The notes beneath the pieces were generated by a model, which was not told the DNA's origin, searched no databases, and worked only from the letters and a program-made list of their open reading frames with translations. The position numbers were made by a program, and so were the translations under genes. This document shows positions 1-7,843 of a stretch of DNA of 50,194 nucleotides, piece after piece (position 1 is the stretch's first letter; the number at the start of each line of letters is the position of its first letter). This DNA is from a virus. Its lineage: Duplodnaviria; Caudoviricetes. Location: IMG/VR virus record IMGVR_UViG_3300037439_000134, positions 1-50,194 of that record; one strand, given 5' to 3'.

Positions 1-127
1 CCCGCAGTCGGGCGGCAACTGCTGCACGTCGCCGACGATCCTGGGCCATTACCCGCCGGCTTGGAGCGAACCGCGGGATGGGTGGGTGGAATCTACGATG
101 GCGAGGGCTCGTGGATTCAGATTGCGC
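1..127. repeat. Terminal direct repeat (copy 1), circular assembly overlap
   Basis: Bases 1-127 are identical to 50068-50194, and a reading frame runs through the junction. Confidence 0.97.
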
Positions 128-444
128 AGTGTCCGGAGCACAACCCTGAAGTGTGGGCCGCCATCGGTGAGGCGCTCAACAAGTTGGACATCCCACACAC
201 GGCCGGGCGCTTGACCGGAGGCGGGCACTTCTACTGCCTCACTGGAGGGCGTCAGGCGTACCTGAAATTCCTGAACTGGTGCCAGCCAGTCAAAAGCCGC
301 GCTATCGCCGAGAAGATCATCGGCGGTCGTCGCTTCGGCCACAAGGACCGAATCGTATCCATTGAGCCCGACGGACATGGCGAGGTTCTGTCGATGACTA
401 CGGCCGCCGGAAACTACATTGCCTGGGGCTATGCCTCCCGCAAC
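1..444 (+). mobile_element. Intein, C-terminal portion with one LAGLIDADG-type motif
   Basis: AGWVGGIYDGEGS motif, DRIVSIEPDG...EVLSMTTAAGNYIAWG block F-like segment, terminal YASRN followed by +1 Cys; lower GC than flanks. Confidence 0.9.
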
Positions 445-630
445 TGCGACGAAGAGATCGTGACCGCGGCCAAGCAGCGCGGCGTTTGGACGATGGCCAA
501 GTCCAGCATGGTGGAGCACCTGCACCCGTTGTACGGCACCGCTGAGCTTGACGAGGTGTACGAGCTGGGCCAGCAGAACGTTTACGCCGACCGGGAGCTG
601 TTCGGCAAGCGGCTGGCCGAGCATGTTTGA
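1..630 (+). CDS. 3' part of intein-containing GT-A glycosyltransferase (starts at 49300; about 465 aa precursor, about 217 aa spliced)
   Basis: Frame 1 is continuous with 49300-50067. The C-extein CDEEIVTAAKQRGVW...VEHLHP starts at 445. Confidence 0.85.
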   Translation, partial: PAVGRQLLHVADDPGPLPAGLERTAGWVGGIYDGEGSWIQIAQCPEHNPEVWAAIGEALNKLDIPHTAGRLTGGGHFYCLTGGRQAYLKFLNWCQPVKSRAIAEKIIGGRRFGHKDRIVSIEPDGHGEVLSMTTAAGNYIAWGYASRNCDEEIVTAAKQRGVWTMAKSSMVEHLHPLYGTAELDEVYELGQQNVYADRELFGKRLAEHV

Positions 631-1255
631 CCGGGCGGAGCTGGACCGGCGGATCGCCGCGGTGGACATGCCGGCGCCGCACGAGCCGTGGCACATCGCC
701 ACCTTCGTGGACGCGGTGCTCACCAACCCGGTGCCGGGCGCGCTGGTGGAGTGCGGCGTCTACCGCGGGGTGTCGGCGGCGAAGTGGTCGCACCTGGCGG
801 ACATGCTGTGCCGCAAGCTGATCGTGTGTGACAGCTTCCGCGGGCTGCCGCCGAACAGCGAGCCGCACCGCCGCAGCATCGACGACCGTTCGATCGCAGG
901 CATGTTCGGGGCCGGCGCCTACGCCGGGTCGCTGGCCGAGGTTCAGGCCACCATCGAGCGGTACGGGGTGCCGGAGGTGGTGACCTACCTGCCGGGCTGG
1001 TTCGCCGACACCCTGCCGGCGTTGATCGAGCCGATCGCCGCCGCCTACCTGGACGTGGACCTGGCCGAGTCCGCCATCACCTGCCTGACCCACCTGTGGC
1101 CGCTGGTCACCCCGGGCGGGTGCATCGTCAGCCAGGACGGCGACTTCCCGCTGACCCTGGCTGTGATGCGGGCGTGGGCGGAGACGGCCGACCCGGCGCC
1201 GGTCGCGATCGGGCTGGGCGAGTCCAAGATGGTTGTGTTCCGGCGGCCGGCGTGA
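623..1255 (+). CDS. TylF/MycF/NovP-family SAM-dependent sugar O-methyltransferase
   Basis: VPGALVECGVYRG, CDSFRGLP, GWFADTLP, YLDVDL and LVTPGGCIVSQD match TylF-family motifs; overlaps the upstream stop codon. Confidence 0.88.
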   Translation: MFDRAELDRRIAAVDMPAPHEPWHIATFVDAVLTNPVPGALVECGVYRGVSAAKWSHLADMLCRKLIVCDSFRGLPPNSEPHRRSIDDRSIAGMFGAGAYAGSLAEVQATIERYGVPEVVTYLPGWFADTLPALIEPIAAAYLDVDLAESAITCLTHLWPLVTPGGCIVSQDGDFPLTLAVMRAWAETADPAPVAIGLGESKMVVFRRPA

Positions 1256-1758
1256 TGCCACCGCACGCGACCGAGGTGCTGTCCGCCGGCGCGGACCTGC
1301 TCGACGGGCTCGGCCTGCGGTGGTGGCTGTCGGCCGGGACTGCGCTGGGGGTGGTGCGTGACGGGGCGCTGATCCCGCACGACACCGACCTGGACGTGGG
1401 TGTGCTGGACGACCCGCCCGGGGTGCTGGACCGGGTGCATCTGACGTTCGCGGCCGCCGGCTGGTCGTCGGTGCGGACGATGCCGTACCAGGCCGCCTAC
1501 TCCAGCCGGGGTGTGATCCTGGACGTCTACGCCTACCGCCGAGACGGCGACCAGCTGGTGGCGGACACCGAATGCGGCCGCCTGGCCAAGCCGGCGCGGC
1601 TGTTCGACCCGCTGACGTGGCTGCCGTTCGCCGGGCGGCTGTACCCGCTGCCGACGCCACCGGATGAGTACCTGCAGGTGCGCTACGGCCCCGGCTGGCG
1701 CACCCCGGCCGCGGCGAAGGGGCCGTGGCAGCACGAGACGGCCGCGCTGCAGCGGTGA
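1255..1758 (+). CDS. LicD/fukutin-family nucleotidyltransferase-fold phosphotransferase
   Basis: WWLSAGTALGVVRDGALIPHDTDLDVG is the LicD signature; C-terminal PDEYLQVRYGPGWRTP; TGATG coupling. Confidence 0.85.
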   Translation: MPPHATEVLSAGADLLDGLGLRWWLSAGTALGVVRDGALIPHDTDLDVGVLDDPPGVLDRVHLTFAAAGWSSVRTMPYQAAYSSRGVILDVYAYRRDGDQLVADTECGRLAKPARLFDPLTWLPFAGRLYPLPTPPDEYLQVRYGPGWRTPAAAKGPWQHETAALQR

Positions 1759-2375
1759 TCTCCTGGATTGTGGCCAGCCACCGGCCTAAGGTGCTGGCCG
1801 CCAACCTGGCCGCGACGCTGCAGCTGCAGGGCGGCGACCAGCTCGTGGTGGTCAGCGACGCGCCGTCGATCGCCGCGGCGTACAACGAGGGCCAGCGACG
1901 CGCCACGCAGGCGATCCGCTGCTACGTGCACCACGATGTGCAGCTGTTGGACCCGGTGCGGCTGCGGGCGCAGCTGGTGCGGGAGTGCCGGCCGGCTGTG
2001 GGCATGGTGGGCGTGGTGGGCTCGCGGGACCTGGTGGTGCCGTGGTGGGAGGGTGACCGCCGCGGCTCGGTCGTGGACTCCCGGCTGGGTCTGCTGAGCT
2101 TCGGCCCCGGTGGTCCGTGCGCGGTGCTGGACGGCCTGCTGTTGGCGACGGTCCACGACGTGGAGTGGGATGAGGGCTATCCCGGGTGGCACCTGTACGA
2201 CCATGACGTGTGCGCCCAGATGCTGGCCGCCGGGCTGCGCAACGAGTGCCTCAGCGGCGGGGCGGGGATGGTGCTGCACAACACGTCCGGGCCGGTGAGC
2301 GTCACGCGGCTGCCTGGATGGGACCAGGGTGTGGCGAGGTGGCGGGAGAAGTGGTGCGGGGCGAACGCTGGCTGA
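1755..2375 (+). CDS. GT-A (GT2-like) glycosyltransferase
   Basis: SIAAAYNEG, YVHHDV, LDGLLLA and GWHLYDHDVC motifs; GTGA overlap. Confidence 0.8.
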   Translation: MISWIVASHRPKVLAANLAATLQLQGGDQLVVVSDAPSIAAAYNEGQRRATQAIRCYVHHDVQLLDPVRLRAQLVRECRPAVGMVGVVGSRDLVVPWWEGDRRGSVVDSRLGLLSFGPGGPCAVLDGLLLATVHDVEWDEGYPGWHLYDHDVCAQMLAAGLRNECLSGGAGMVLHNTSGPVSVTRLPGWDQGVARWREKWCGANAG

Positions 2376-2483
2376 CGGCGCTGGCCGATCCGGACCTCGG
2401 TGGCGTGCGGTACGCGGCGCAGGTGCGCCGTCGGCGCCGCGGTCGGCCGGCGGACCTTCGGGGGATAAGGAGCGTGGCCGTCT

Positions 2484-2822
2484 ATGGCTGACGGGATCCG
2501 TATCCAGCCGCAGCCGGCGCGGCTGCGTGCCGAGGGGATCGGCTCGGTAGCCGGCCGACTGTTCATTGTCCGGGACGTGACGCGTCCGCTGCTACCGCCA
2601 CGGCCGACGTGTTCGACATGCGGGGTTCCGCACGACTGCAAGACCTACCACCTGCAGCTTGACGGCCAGGGCGCGGTCATCGTGTCCACGGCCGTCTGGG
2701 CCAACATGCAGCGGCTGTACGACCACGGTGGTTTCGAGCCGGTGAACGTGGTGGCCGAGCCGCCCGCGCAGGGGCTGACGCTGCCGCCGGCCCAGCTGCA
2801 GATCAAACCGACACCGATGTAG
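2484..2822 (+). CDS. Hypothetical protein with CxxC...HxC putative metal site
   Basis: SD AAGGAG upstream; CSTCGVPHDCKTYH. Confidence 0.65.
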   Translation: MADGIRIQPQPARLRAEGIGSVAGRLFIVRDVTRPLLPPRPTCSTCGVPHDCKTYHLQLDGQGAVIVSTAVWANMQRLYDHGGFEPVNVVAEPPAQGLTLPPAQLQIKPTPM

Positions 2823-2832
2823 GAGGGGCGCC

Positions 2833-3255
2833 ATGGCGACCGTCGTCCATACCAACTGGCTGCAGCTCATGCTGGGCGCCACCGGAACCGGCGCCGTGCC
2901 GGACTTCGACGCCGACAACATCGACGCGTCGCTGCTGGACGAAACCGACTCCGGCTCGATCACCGCCGCCACCGTGGACTACGACGAGGTGGACACGGCG
3001 ACGGTGGTGGCCACCGAGGATGTGAGCGTGGCGTCCATCTCCGGCGGGGTGGTGACCCTGTCCGGGGCGGTCACGTTCAGCGCGGTGACCGGTGACGCGG
3101 CCGACTACCTGACGGTGTTCAAGAACTCCGGCACGCCGGGCACGTCGCCGCTGATCATCACCTGGGACTCGGCCAGCACCGGCCTGCCGGTGACCCCGAA
3201 CGGCGGGGACATCACCGCCACGTGGGGCTCCAACATCCTGGTCACCCTCTCCTAG
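2833..3255 (+). CDS. Putative virion structural protein (head decoration or fibre base)
   Basis: Strong SD AGGAGG; acidic beta-rich sequence ending GLPVTPNGGDITATW; lies in the head module. Confidence 0.6.
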   Translation: MATVVHTNWLQLMLGATGTGAVPDFDADNIDASLLDETDSGSITAATVDYDEVDTATVVATEDVSVASISGGVVTLSGAVTFSAVTGDAADYLTVFKNSGTPGTSPLIITWDSASTGLPVTPNGGDITATWGSNILVTLS

Positions 3256-3264
3256 GGGCAGTCG

Positions 3265-4758
3265 ATGGCGGCGACACCGACGCTGCTCACGTCGGGCACG
3301 TCCACCAGCGACCCGGCCACCACGGCGTCGGTGTCGCCCACGTCTGGCCGGCTGCTGCAGCTGATCGTCATCACCTGCCGGGACAGCTCCGCCATCACGA
3401 CCACCCACCTGAGCGTGTCCGGGCTTGGCGCGACGTGGGACTTGGTCCAGTTCCTGCAGTACGGCACCCGCCGCGGGATCTGGGTGTTCGCTTGCGAGTC
3501 CGACGGCACAAGCGGAACGATCGGGCTGGACTACGTCGGTCCCAACCCGGGCAGCTTCACGGAGCATGGCTGGGCGTTGGTGGAGTGGTCCGGCCAGGTG
3601 GCCGGCAACAACGGCGCCGACGCGCTGGGGACGCCGGTCACCGGCGGCACCGTCTTCGACACGGTGGCCACGCTGGGCTCGGTCGGCACACTGTCCGATG
3701 GGGACGCCGTGTCGGCGGTGTTTGGGATCGAATCCGACGGGCAGGCCGGGGCGATCACAGGCTACGCCGAGCTGCTTGACCAGGTCGGCAGCAACGACAA
3801 CTTCCGGCAGATGCTGGTCGGCTGGGATGACACCGACGTCACGGCCAGCGCCACGTGGACCGGGGCGTCCAGCGCCGGGGGTGTCGCGGTCCGGATCATC
3901 GCCGGGACCGCCGGCCAGGCGGTGACCCCGGCCGCGGTCACCGTAACTGCCACATCGGGCACGCTGGCCATCACCACCGGGGCGGTGGGCATCACGCCGC
4001 CGCCAGTCACCGTCACCGCCACGTCGGGCGCGCTGGCGTTGGCGGTTGACGTTGCTCCGGCCGGTCCGACGGTCACCGCCACGCCGGGGTCGCTGGCCAT
4101 CACCACCACGGCCGCCATCGCCCCGGACGGGGCCGAGGTCACCGTCTCACCCGGCACGGTCCAGGTTGCGGCCGGCGGCTCCACCCAGGACGTCACCCCC
4201 GCCGCGGTTACGGTCACGGCGGGTGCGGCCACGCTCAGCCTGGTGGTGGACCTGCCACTGGCCGGCCAGCAGGTGACGGTCACGGCAGGGATGCTGGCCA
4301 TCATCCAGGGCCAAACCCTCTCACTCACCGGCGCCGCAGCGAGTGTCACCCCGGCCGGGGTGACCGTGTCGAGCGGGGCGACCGCCGTTGTCCCCGCCGC
4401 GGTCACGGTCACGGCATCGGCTGGCAGTCTCAGCCTGGCCGTCGTAGTAACCCCCGACCCGGCGGCGGTCACCACCACCGCCGGCTCGGTCACGCTCACG
4501 CTGGACGTTCCGCTGACCGGCGGGCAAGTCAGCGTGAGCGCCGGTACGGCAACCGTCGGGCACGGTCGGGTCATCCAGCCGGCCGCGGTGGTCGTGACCA
4601 CATCCGCCGGCACGCTGACGGTCTCGGTCGGTGAGGGCGTGTTTGCGCTACCGGTCACCGCCACCGGCACGTCCGTGTCCGCGGTCACCGCCGGCCGTAC
4701 ATCAGCCGCGACGGTCACCGCCGCCGCTCAGTCCACCGCAACCGTGACGGAGGTGTGA
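3265..4758 (+). CDS. Thr/Ala/Val-rich repeat protein, putative head or neck fibre
   Basis: About 215 aa globular N-domain, then about 11 degenerate 21-23 aa repeats (TPAAVTVTATSGTLAI-like). Confidence 0.7.
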   Translation: MAATPTLLTSGTSTSDPATTASVSPTSGRLLQLIVITCRDSSAITTTHLSVSGLGATWDLVQFLQYGTRRGIWVFACESDGTSGTIGLDYVGPNPGSFTEHGWALVEWSGQVAGNNGADALGTPVTGGTVFDTVATLGSVGTLSDGDAVSAVFGIESDGQAGAITGYAELLDQVGSNDNFRQMLVGWDDTDVTASATWTGASSAGGVAVRIIAGTAGQAVTPAAVTVTATSGTLAITTGAVGITPPPVTVTATSGALALAVDVAPAGPTVTATPGSLAITTTAAIAPDGAEVTVSPGTVQVAAGGSTQDVTPAAVTVTAGAATLSLVVDLPLAGQQVTVTAGMLAIIQGQTLSLTGAAASVTPAGVTVSSGATAVVPAAVTVTASAGSLSLAVVVTPDPAAVTTTAGSVTLTLDVPLTGGQVSVSAGTATVGHGRVIQPAAVVVTTSAGTLTVSVGEGVFALPVTATGTSVSAVTAGRTSAATVTAAAQSTATVTEV

Positions 4759-5678
4759 TGGGCGCCAACGTGTTCTTCGCGTCAGCTTCCGAGCTGGCCA
4801 CGTTGACCAACACCTTCAGCGTGGACGATGTACCGACGGACCCGACCACCATCAGCCTGGTCATCACCGACCCGGAGAACACCAGCACCACGTACACCTT
4901 CGCCGACACCGAGATCACCCGCACCAGCGCCGGTGTGTACACGAAGGACATCACGTGCAGCATCGCCGGCACGTGGACCTACCGGTGGGTGGGCACCGGC
5001 GACGTGGTCAAAACCGAGGCCGGCACCTGGGACGTACTGGACGTCACGCTCGGTCGGTTGTACGCCACGGTGAGCGCGCTCAAGTCGCGGCTGGGGATCG
5101 GGGTCGACGCCCCCGACACCCGGGACGACTTCGAGCTGCACACGGTGTGTTTCGCGGCGAGCCGGATGGTGGAGCACTACACCCAGAGGATCTTCTGGCG
5201 CACGGTGCCCGCGACCGTGCGGACGCTGGTCCCGACCAGCCCGTACTGTCTCCGGCTCGGTCCGTTCGGCGACCTGGTGTCAGTGTCCGCGCTGGCGACC
5301 GACCCCAGCGGCGGCGGCACCTTCGGGACCGCGTGGGCCACCGGCGACTACCAGCTGTGGCCGGTCAACCCGTCCGCCGCCCCGGAGACCCGGCCGTACA
5401 CGCAGATCCGGGCTATCGGCGGCAGGACGTTCCCGCAGCCGTACGCGGCCTCGGGCCGGGCCGACCGGGTCCAGGTGACCGGCGTGTGGGGGTGGCCGGC
5501 GGTGCCGTACAGCGTGCGCCAGTCAGCGCTGATCACCGCGGCTGAGCTGTTCCGGTCCAAGTCCACATTCGAGGCGCAGGCCGGGTACGACGAGATGGCA
5601 CAGTTCGTCCTACGCCGCAACCCGTTCGCGCTGGACCTGATCAAACCGTACCGGCTTACCCCGGTGCTGATGGCGTAA
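4758..5678 (+). CDS. Head-to-tail adaptor with extra N-terminal beta-sandwich domain
   Basis: YATVSALKSRLGI...AASRMVEHYTQRIF...VQVTGVWGWPAVPYSVRQSALITAAELF is typical of actinophage adaptors. Confidence 0.78.
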   Translation: MGANVFFASASELATLTNTFSVDDVPTDPTTISLVITDPENTSTTYTFADTEITRTSAGVYTKDITCSIAGTWTYRWVGTGDVVKTEAGTWDVLDVTLGRLYATVSALKSRLGIGVDAPDTRDDFELHTVCFAASRMVEHYTQRIFWRTVPATVRTLVPTSPYCLRLGPFGDLVSVSALATDPSGGGTFGTAWATGDYQLWPVNPSAAPETRPYTQIRAIGGRTFPQPYAASGRADRVQVTGVWGWPAVPYSVRQSALITAAELFRSKSTFEAQAGYDEMAQFVLRRNPFALDLIKPYRLTPVLMA

Positions 5679-5850
5679 TGACCGGACAGTTCTCCGTGGT
5701 ACAGCCACGGCCCGTGTAGTCGTGAAAGTCCATACACGCCGAGCAGCCAGCACAGACCGGACAGGGTATTGCCCGGCAGGTACGTGCAACGTCGACATCG
5801 AAGTAGCCATCGATAATCAGCGTCGCGTCAGGGAGTCGGTCATAGTCCAC
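5656..5850 (-). CDS. Possible small Cys-rich protein in a lower-GC insert
   Basis: 64 aa ORF with CRAIPCPVCAGCSAC fills a ~200 bp gap; RBS spacing is poor. Confidence 0.25.
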   Translation of the reverse strand: MDYDRLPDATLIIDGYFDVDVARTCRAIPCPVCAGCSACMDFHDYTGRGCTTENCPVITPSAPG

Positions 5851-5881
5851 CTCCCCATTGAATCACGAGAGAGGGGCAGTG

Positions 5882-6283
5882 GTGGCCACCATCGCGCAGA
5901 TCCGCGACGGGATCAAGGCCCGGCTGGACACCATCGCCGGGCTGAGGGCGCACGCCACCATGCCGGACGTCCTCAACGCACCGGCGGCCGTGGTCTACCG
6001 CCGCAGCACCACGTTCGACTCCAGCATGGACGGCGACAGTGACGACCTGACCTGCGCGGTCACGGTGATGGTGGAGTACACCGGGGAGCGGATCGCACAG
6101 ACCGCGCTGGACACCTACCTCGGCCGCTCCGGTGCCAACTCGGTCCGGGCCGCGCTGGCCGGTGACCCGACCCTCGACGGGATAGTGGACTACGCCGAGG
6201 TGGTCTCGGCCGAGCGGGACCGCATCGTGGAGTGGGCCGGCATCAAGTATCTGGCCGCTGATCTCGTGGTCCAGGTGGGCTGA
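5882..6283 (+). CDS. Tail terminator/completion protein
   Basis: SD GAGAGGGG; SVRAALAGDPTLDGIVD motif; position between adaptor and tail tube. Confidence 0.65.
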   Translation: MATIAQIRDGIKARLDTIAGLRAHATMPDVLNAPAAVVYRRSTTFDSSMDGDSDDLTCAVTVMVEYTGERIAQTALDTYLGRSGANSVRAALAGDPTLDGIVDYAEVVSAERDRIVEWAGIKYLAADLVVQVG

Positions 6284-7303
6284 ATGCGGTTCGTCGTCTG
6301 CCACCCCGGGCCGGCGTTCTCGGTGCACGATGTCTACGTAGGATGGTCGGAGACGCTGGTTGAGCTGGGGCACAAGGTGGTCCCGTTCAACCTTGAGGAC
6401 CGGCTGACGTTCTACGACAGCGCGTTCTTCAACGTCGCGGAAGGCACGTTCCGCAAGGCGCTGCCGCAGGAACAGGCCGTCGAGCTGGCCGTGAACGGCC
6501 TGTACGCGACGCTCTACAAGATACGGCCGGACGTGCTGCTGGTGGTGTCCGCGTTCCTGGTGCCGGCTGAGCTGCTGGACCTGGCGCGGCGGTCCGGCAC
6601 CCGCGTGGTGGTGGTGCACACCGAGGCGCCCTACGAGGACACCCGCCAACTGGACGTGGCGGCACATGCCACCCTGAACATCCTGAACGACCCGGTGAGC
6701 ATCGACCGGTACCGGGCGGTGGCGCCGGCGTTCTACCTGCCACACGCCTACCGGCCGCTGGTGCACTGCCCGGGCCCGGCCGAGCCGGACCTGGCCGCGG
6801 ACCTGGCGTTCGTCGGCACTGGATTCGAGTCGCGGATCGCCTTCTTCGAGGCGATGGACCTGGCCGGCATTGACCTGCTGCTGGCCGGCAACTGGCAGCG
6901 GCTGACCGAGGGCTCGCCGCTGCGCAAGCACGTCGGGCACGACACCGCCGAGTGCCTGGACAACGTGGACGCGGTGCGGATCTACCGCAGCGCCAAGCTC
7001 GGGCTGAACCTCTACCGGCAGGAGACCGACGACGGGGACAGCGCGGCCGGCTGGGCGATGGGACCCCGCGAGGTGGAGATGGCCGCCGTGGGTCTGCCGT
7101 TCCTGCGGCAGCCACGTGGCGAGGGTGACGTGGTGCTGCCGATGCTGCCGACGTTCAGCTCACCGGCCGAGGCGGGCGAGCTGGCGCGGTGGTGGCTGGC
7201 CGACGGGGGCCGGCGTGCCAAGGCGGCCGAACAGGCCAGGCGTGCGGTCGCCGACCGTACTTTCAGGAGTAACGCCGTGCGGCTGATGCAGCTGTTAGAC
7301 TAA
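6284..7303 (+). CDS. GT-B glycosyltransferase, CgeB-like
   Basis: PDVLLVV, TEAPYED, YLPHAY, DLAFVGTGFESR, IYRSAKLGLNL and MGPREVEMAAVG motifs. Confidence 0.85.
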   Translation: MRFVVCHPGPAFSVHDVYVGWSETLVELGHKVVPFNLEDRLTFYDSAFFNVAEGTFRKALPQEQAVELAVNGLYATLYKIRPDVLLVVSAFLVPAELLDLARRSGTRVVVVHTEAPYEDTRQLDVAAHATLNILNDPVSIDRYRAVAPAFYLPHAYRPLVHCPGPAEPDLAADLAFVGTGFESRIAFFEAMDLAGIDLLLAGNWQRLTEGSPLRKHVGHDTAECLDNVDAVRIYRSAKLGLNLYRQETDDGDSAAGWAMGPREVEMAAVGLPFLRQPRGEGDVVLPMLPTFSSPAEAGELARWWLADGGRRAKAAEQARRAVADRTFRSNAVRLMQLLD

Positions 7304-7319
7304 GTGGACAGGTAAGGGT

Positions 7320-7349
7320 GGCCCCGCGCAGGTGGCAACTGCCGGGGCC
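7320..7349 (+). promoter_or_regulatory. Stem-loop upstream of the HNH gene
   Basis: GGCCCCG-C-GCAG-GTGGCAA-CTGC-CGGGGCC hairpin. Confidence 0.5.
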
Positions 7350-7378
7350 GTGGCCGACACTTCTTGGAGAGTGCCGAC

Positions 7379-7828
7379 ATGGCAGAGCCTACTTGCATCG
7401 TCCAGGATTGCAACAACCCCACGCTGGCTCGCGGGTGGTGCAGTACTCATTACCAGCGTTGGTGGAAGCACGGCGACCCGACCTTCAAGAAGAAGCGCCG
7501 ACGCAAGCGGGTGCACCCGAAGGACGGATACGTAAGGGTGTACGTCGGTGACGAACGGGTGCTTGAGCACCGCCACGTTTTGGAGTGCCACCTCGGAAGG
7601 CCGTTGCTACGCGAGGAGACCGTGCATCACGTCAACGGGATCCGGGACGACAACCGCATTGAGAACCTTGAGCTATGGGTTGGCTGGGGCAAGCAGCCTA
7701 AGGGCCAGCGTGTGGCTGACCTGATCGACTTCGTTGTCCGGAACTATGCAACACAGGTCGCGACGGCAGTGAAGCAACAGACAAAGGCGCGGAAGCGCAC
7801 GGCTGAGCAGCACCCAGCGCTGTGGTGA
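7379..7828 (+). CDS. Free-standing HNH homing endonuclease
   Basis: N-terminal CIVQDC...WCSTHYQRW; EHRHVLECHLGRPL...VHHVNGIRDDNRIENLELW; lower GC. Confidence 0.92.
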   Translation: MAEPTCIVQDCNNPTLARGWCSTHYQRWWKHGDPTFKKKRRRKRVHPKDGYVRVYVGDERVLEHRHVLECHLGRPLLREETVHHVNGIRDDNRIENLELWVGWGKQPKGQRVADLIDFVVRNYATQVATAVKQQTKARKRTAEQHPALW

Positions 7829-7843
7829 GAAAGAGAGATAGAT

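Noticed and set aside
623-2375. GT cluster as a DNA hypermodification system
   Set aside because: No base hydroxymethylase, dioxygenase, kinase or DNA polymerase is visible, and the genes lie in the structural operon. Disfavoured but not excluded.
2351-2491. Possible tiny ORF between the third GT and 2484
   Set aside because: A weak SD and coupling are present, but it is short, Arg-rich and motif-free; insufficient support.
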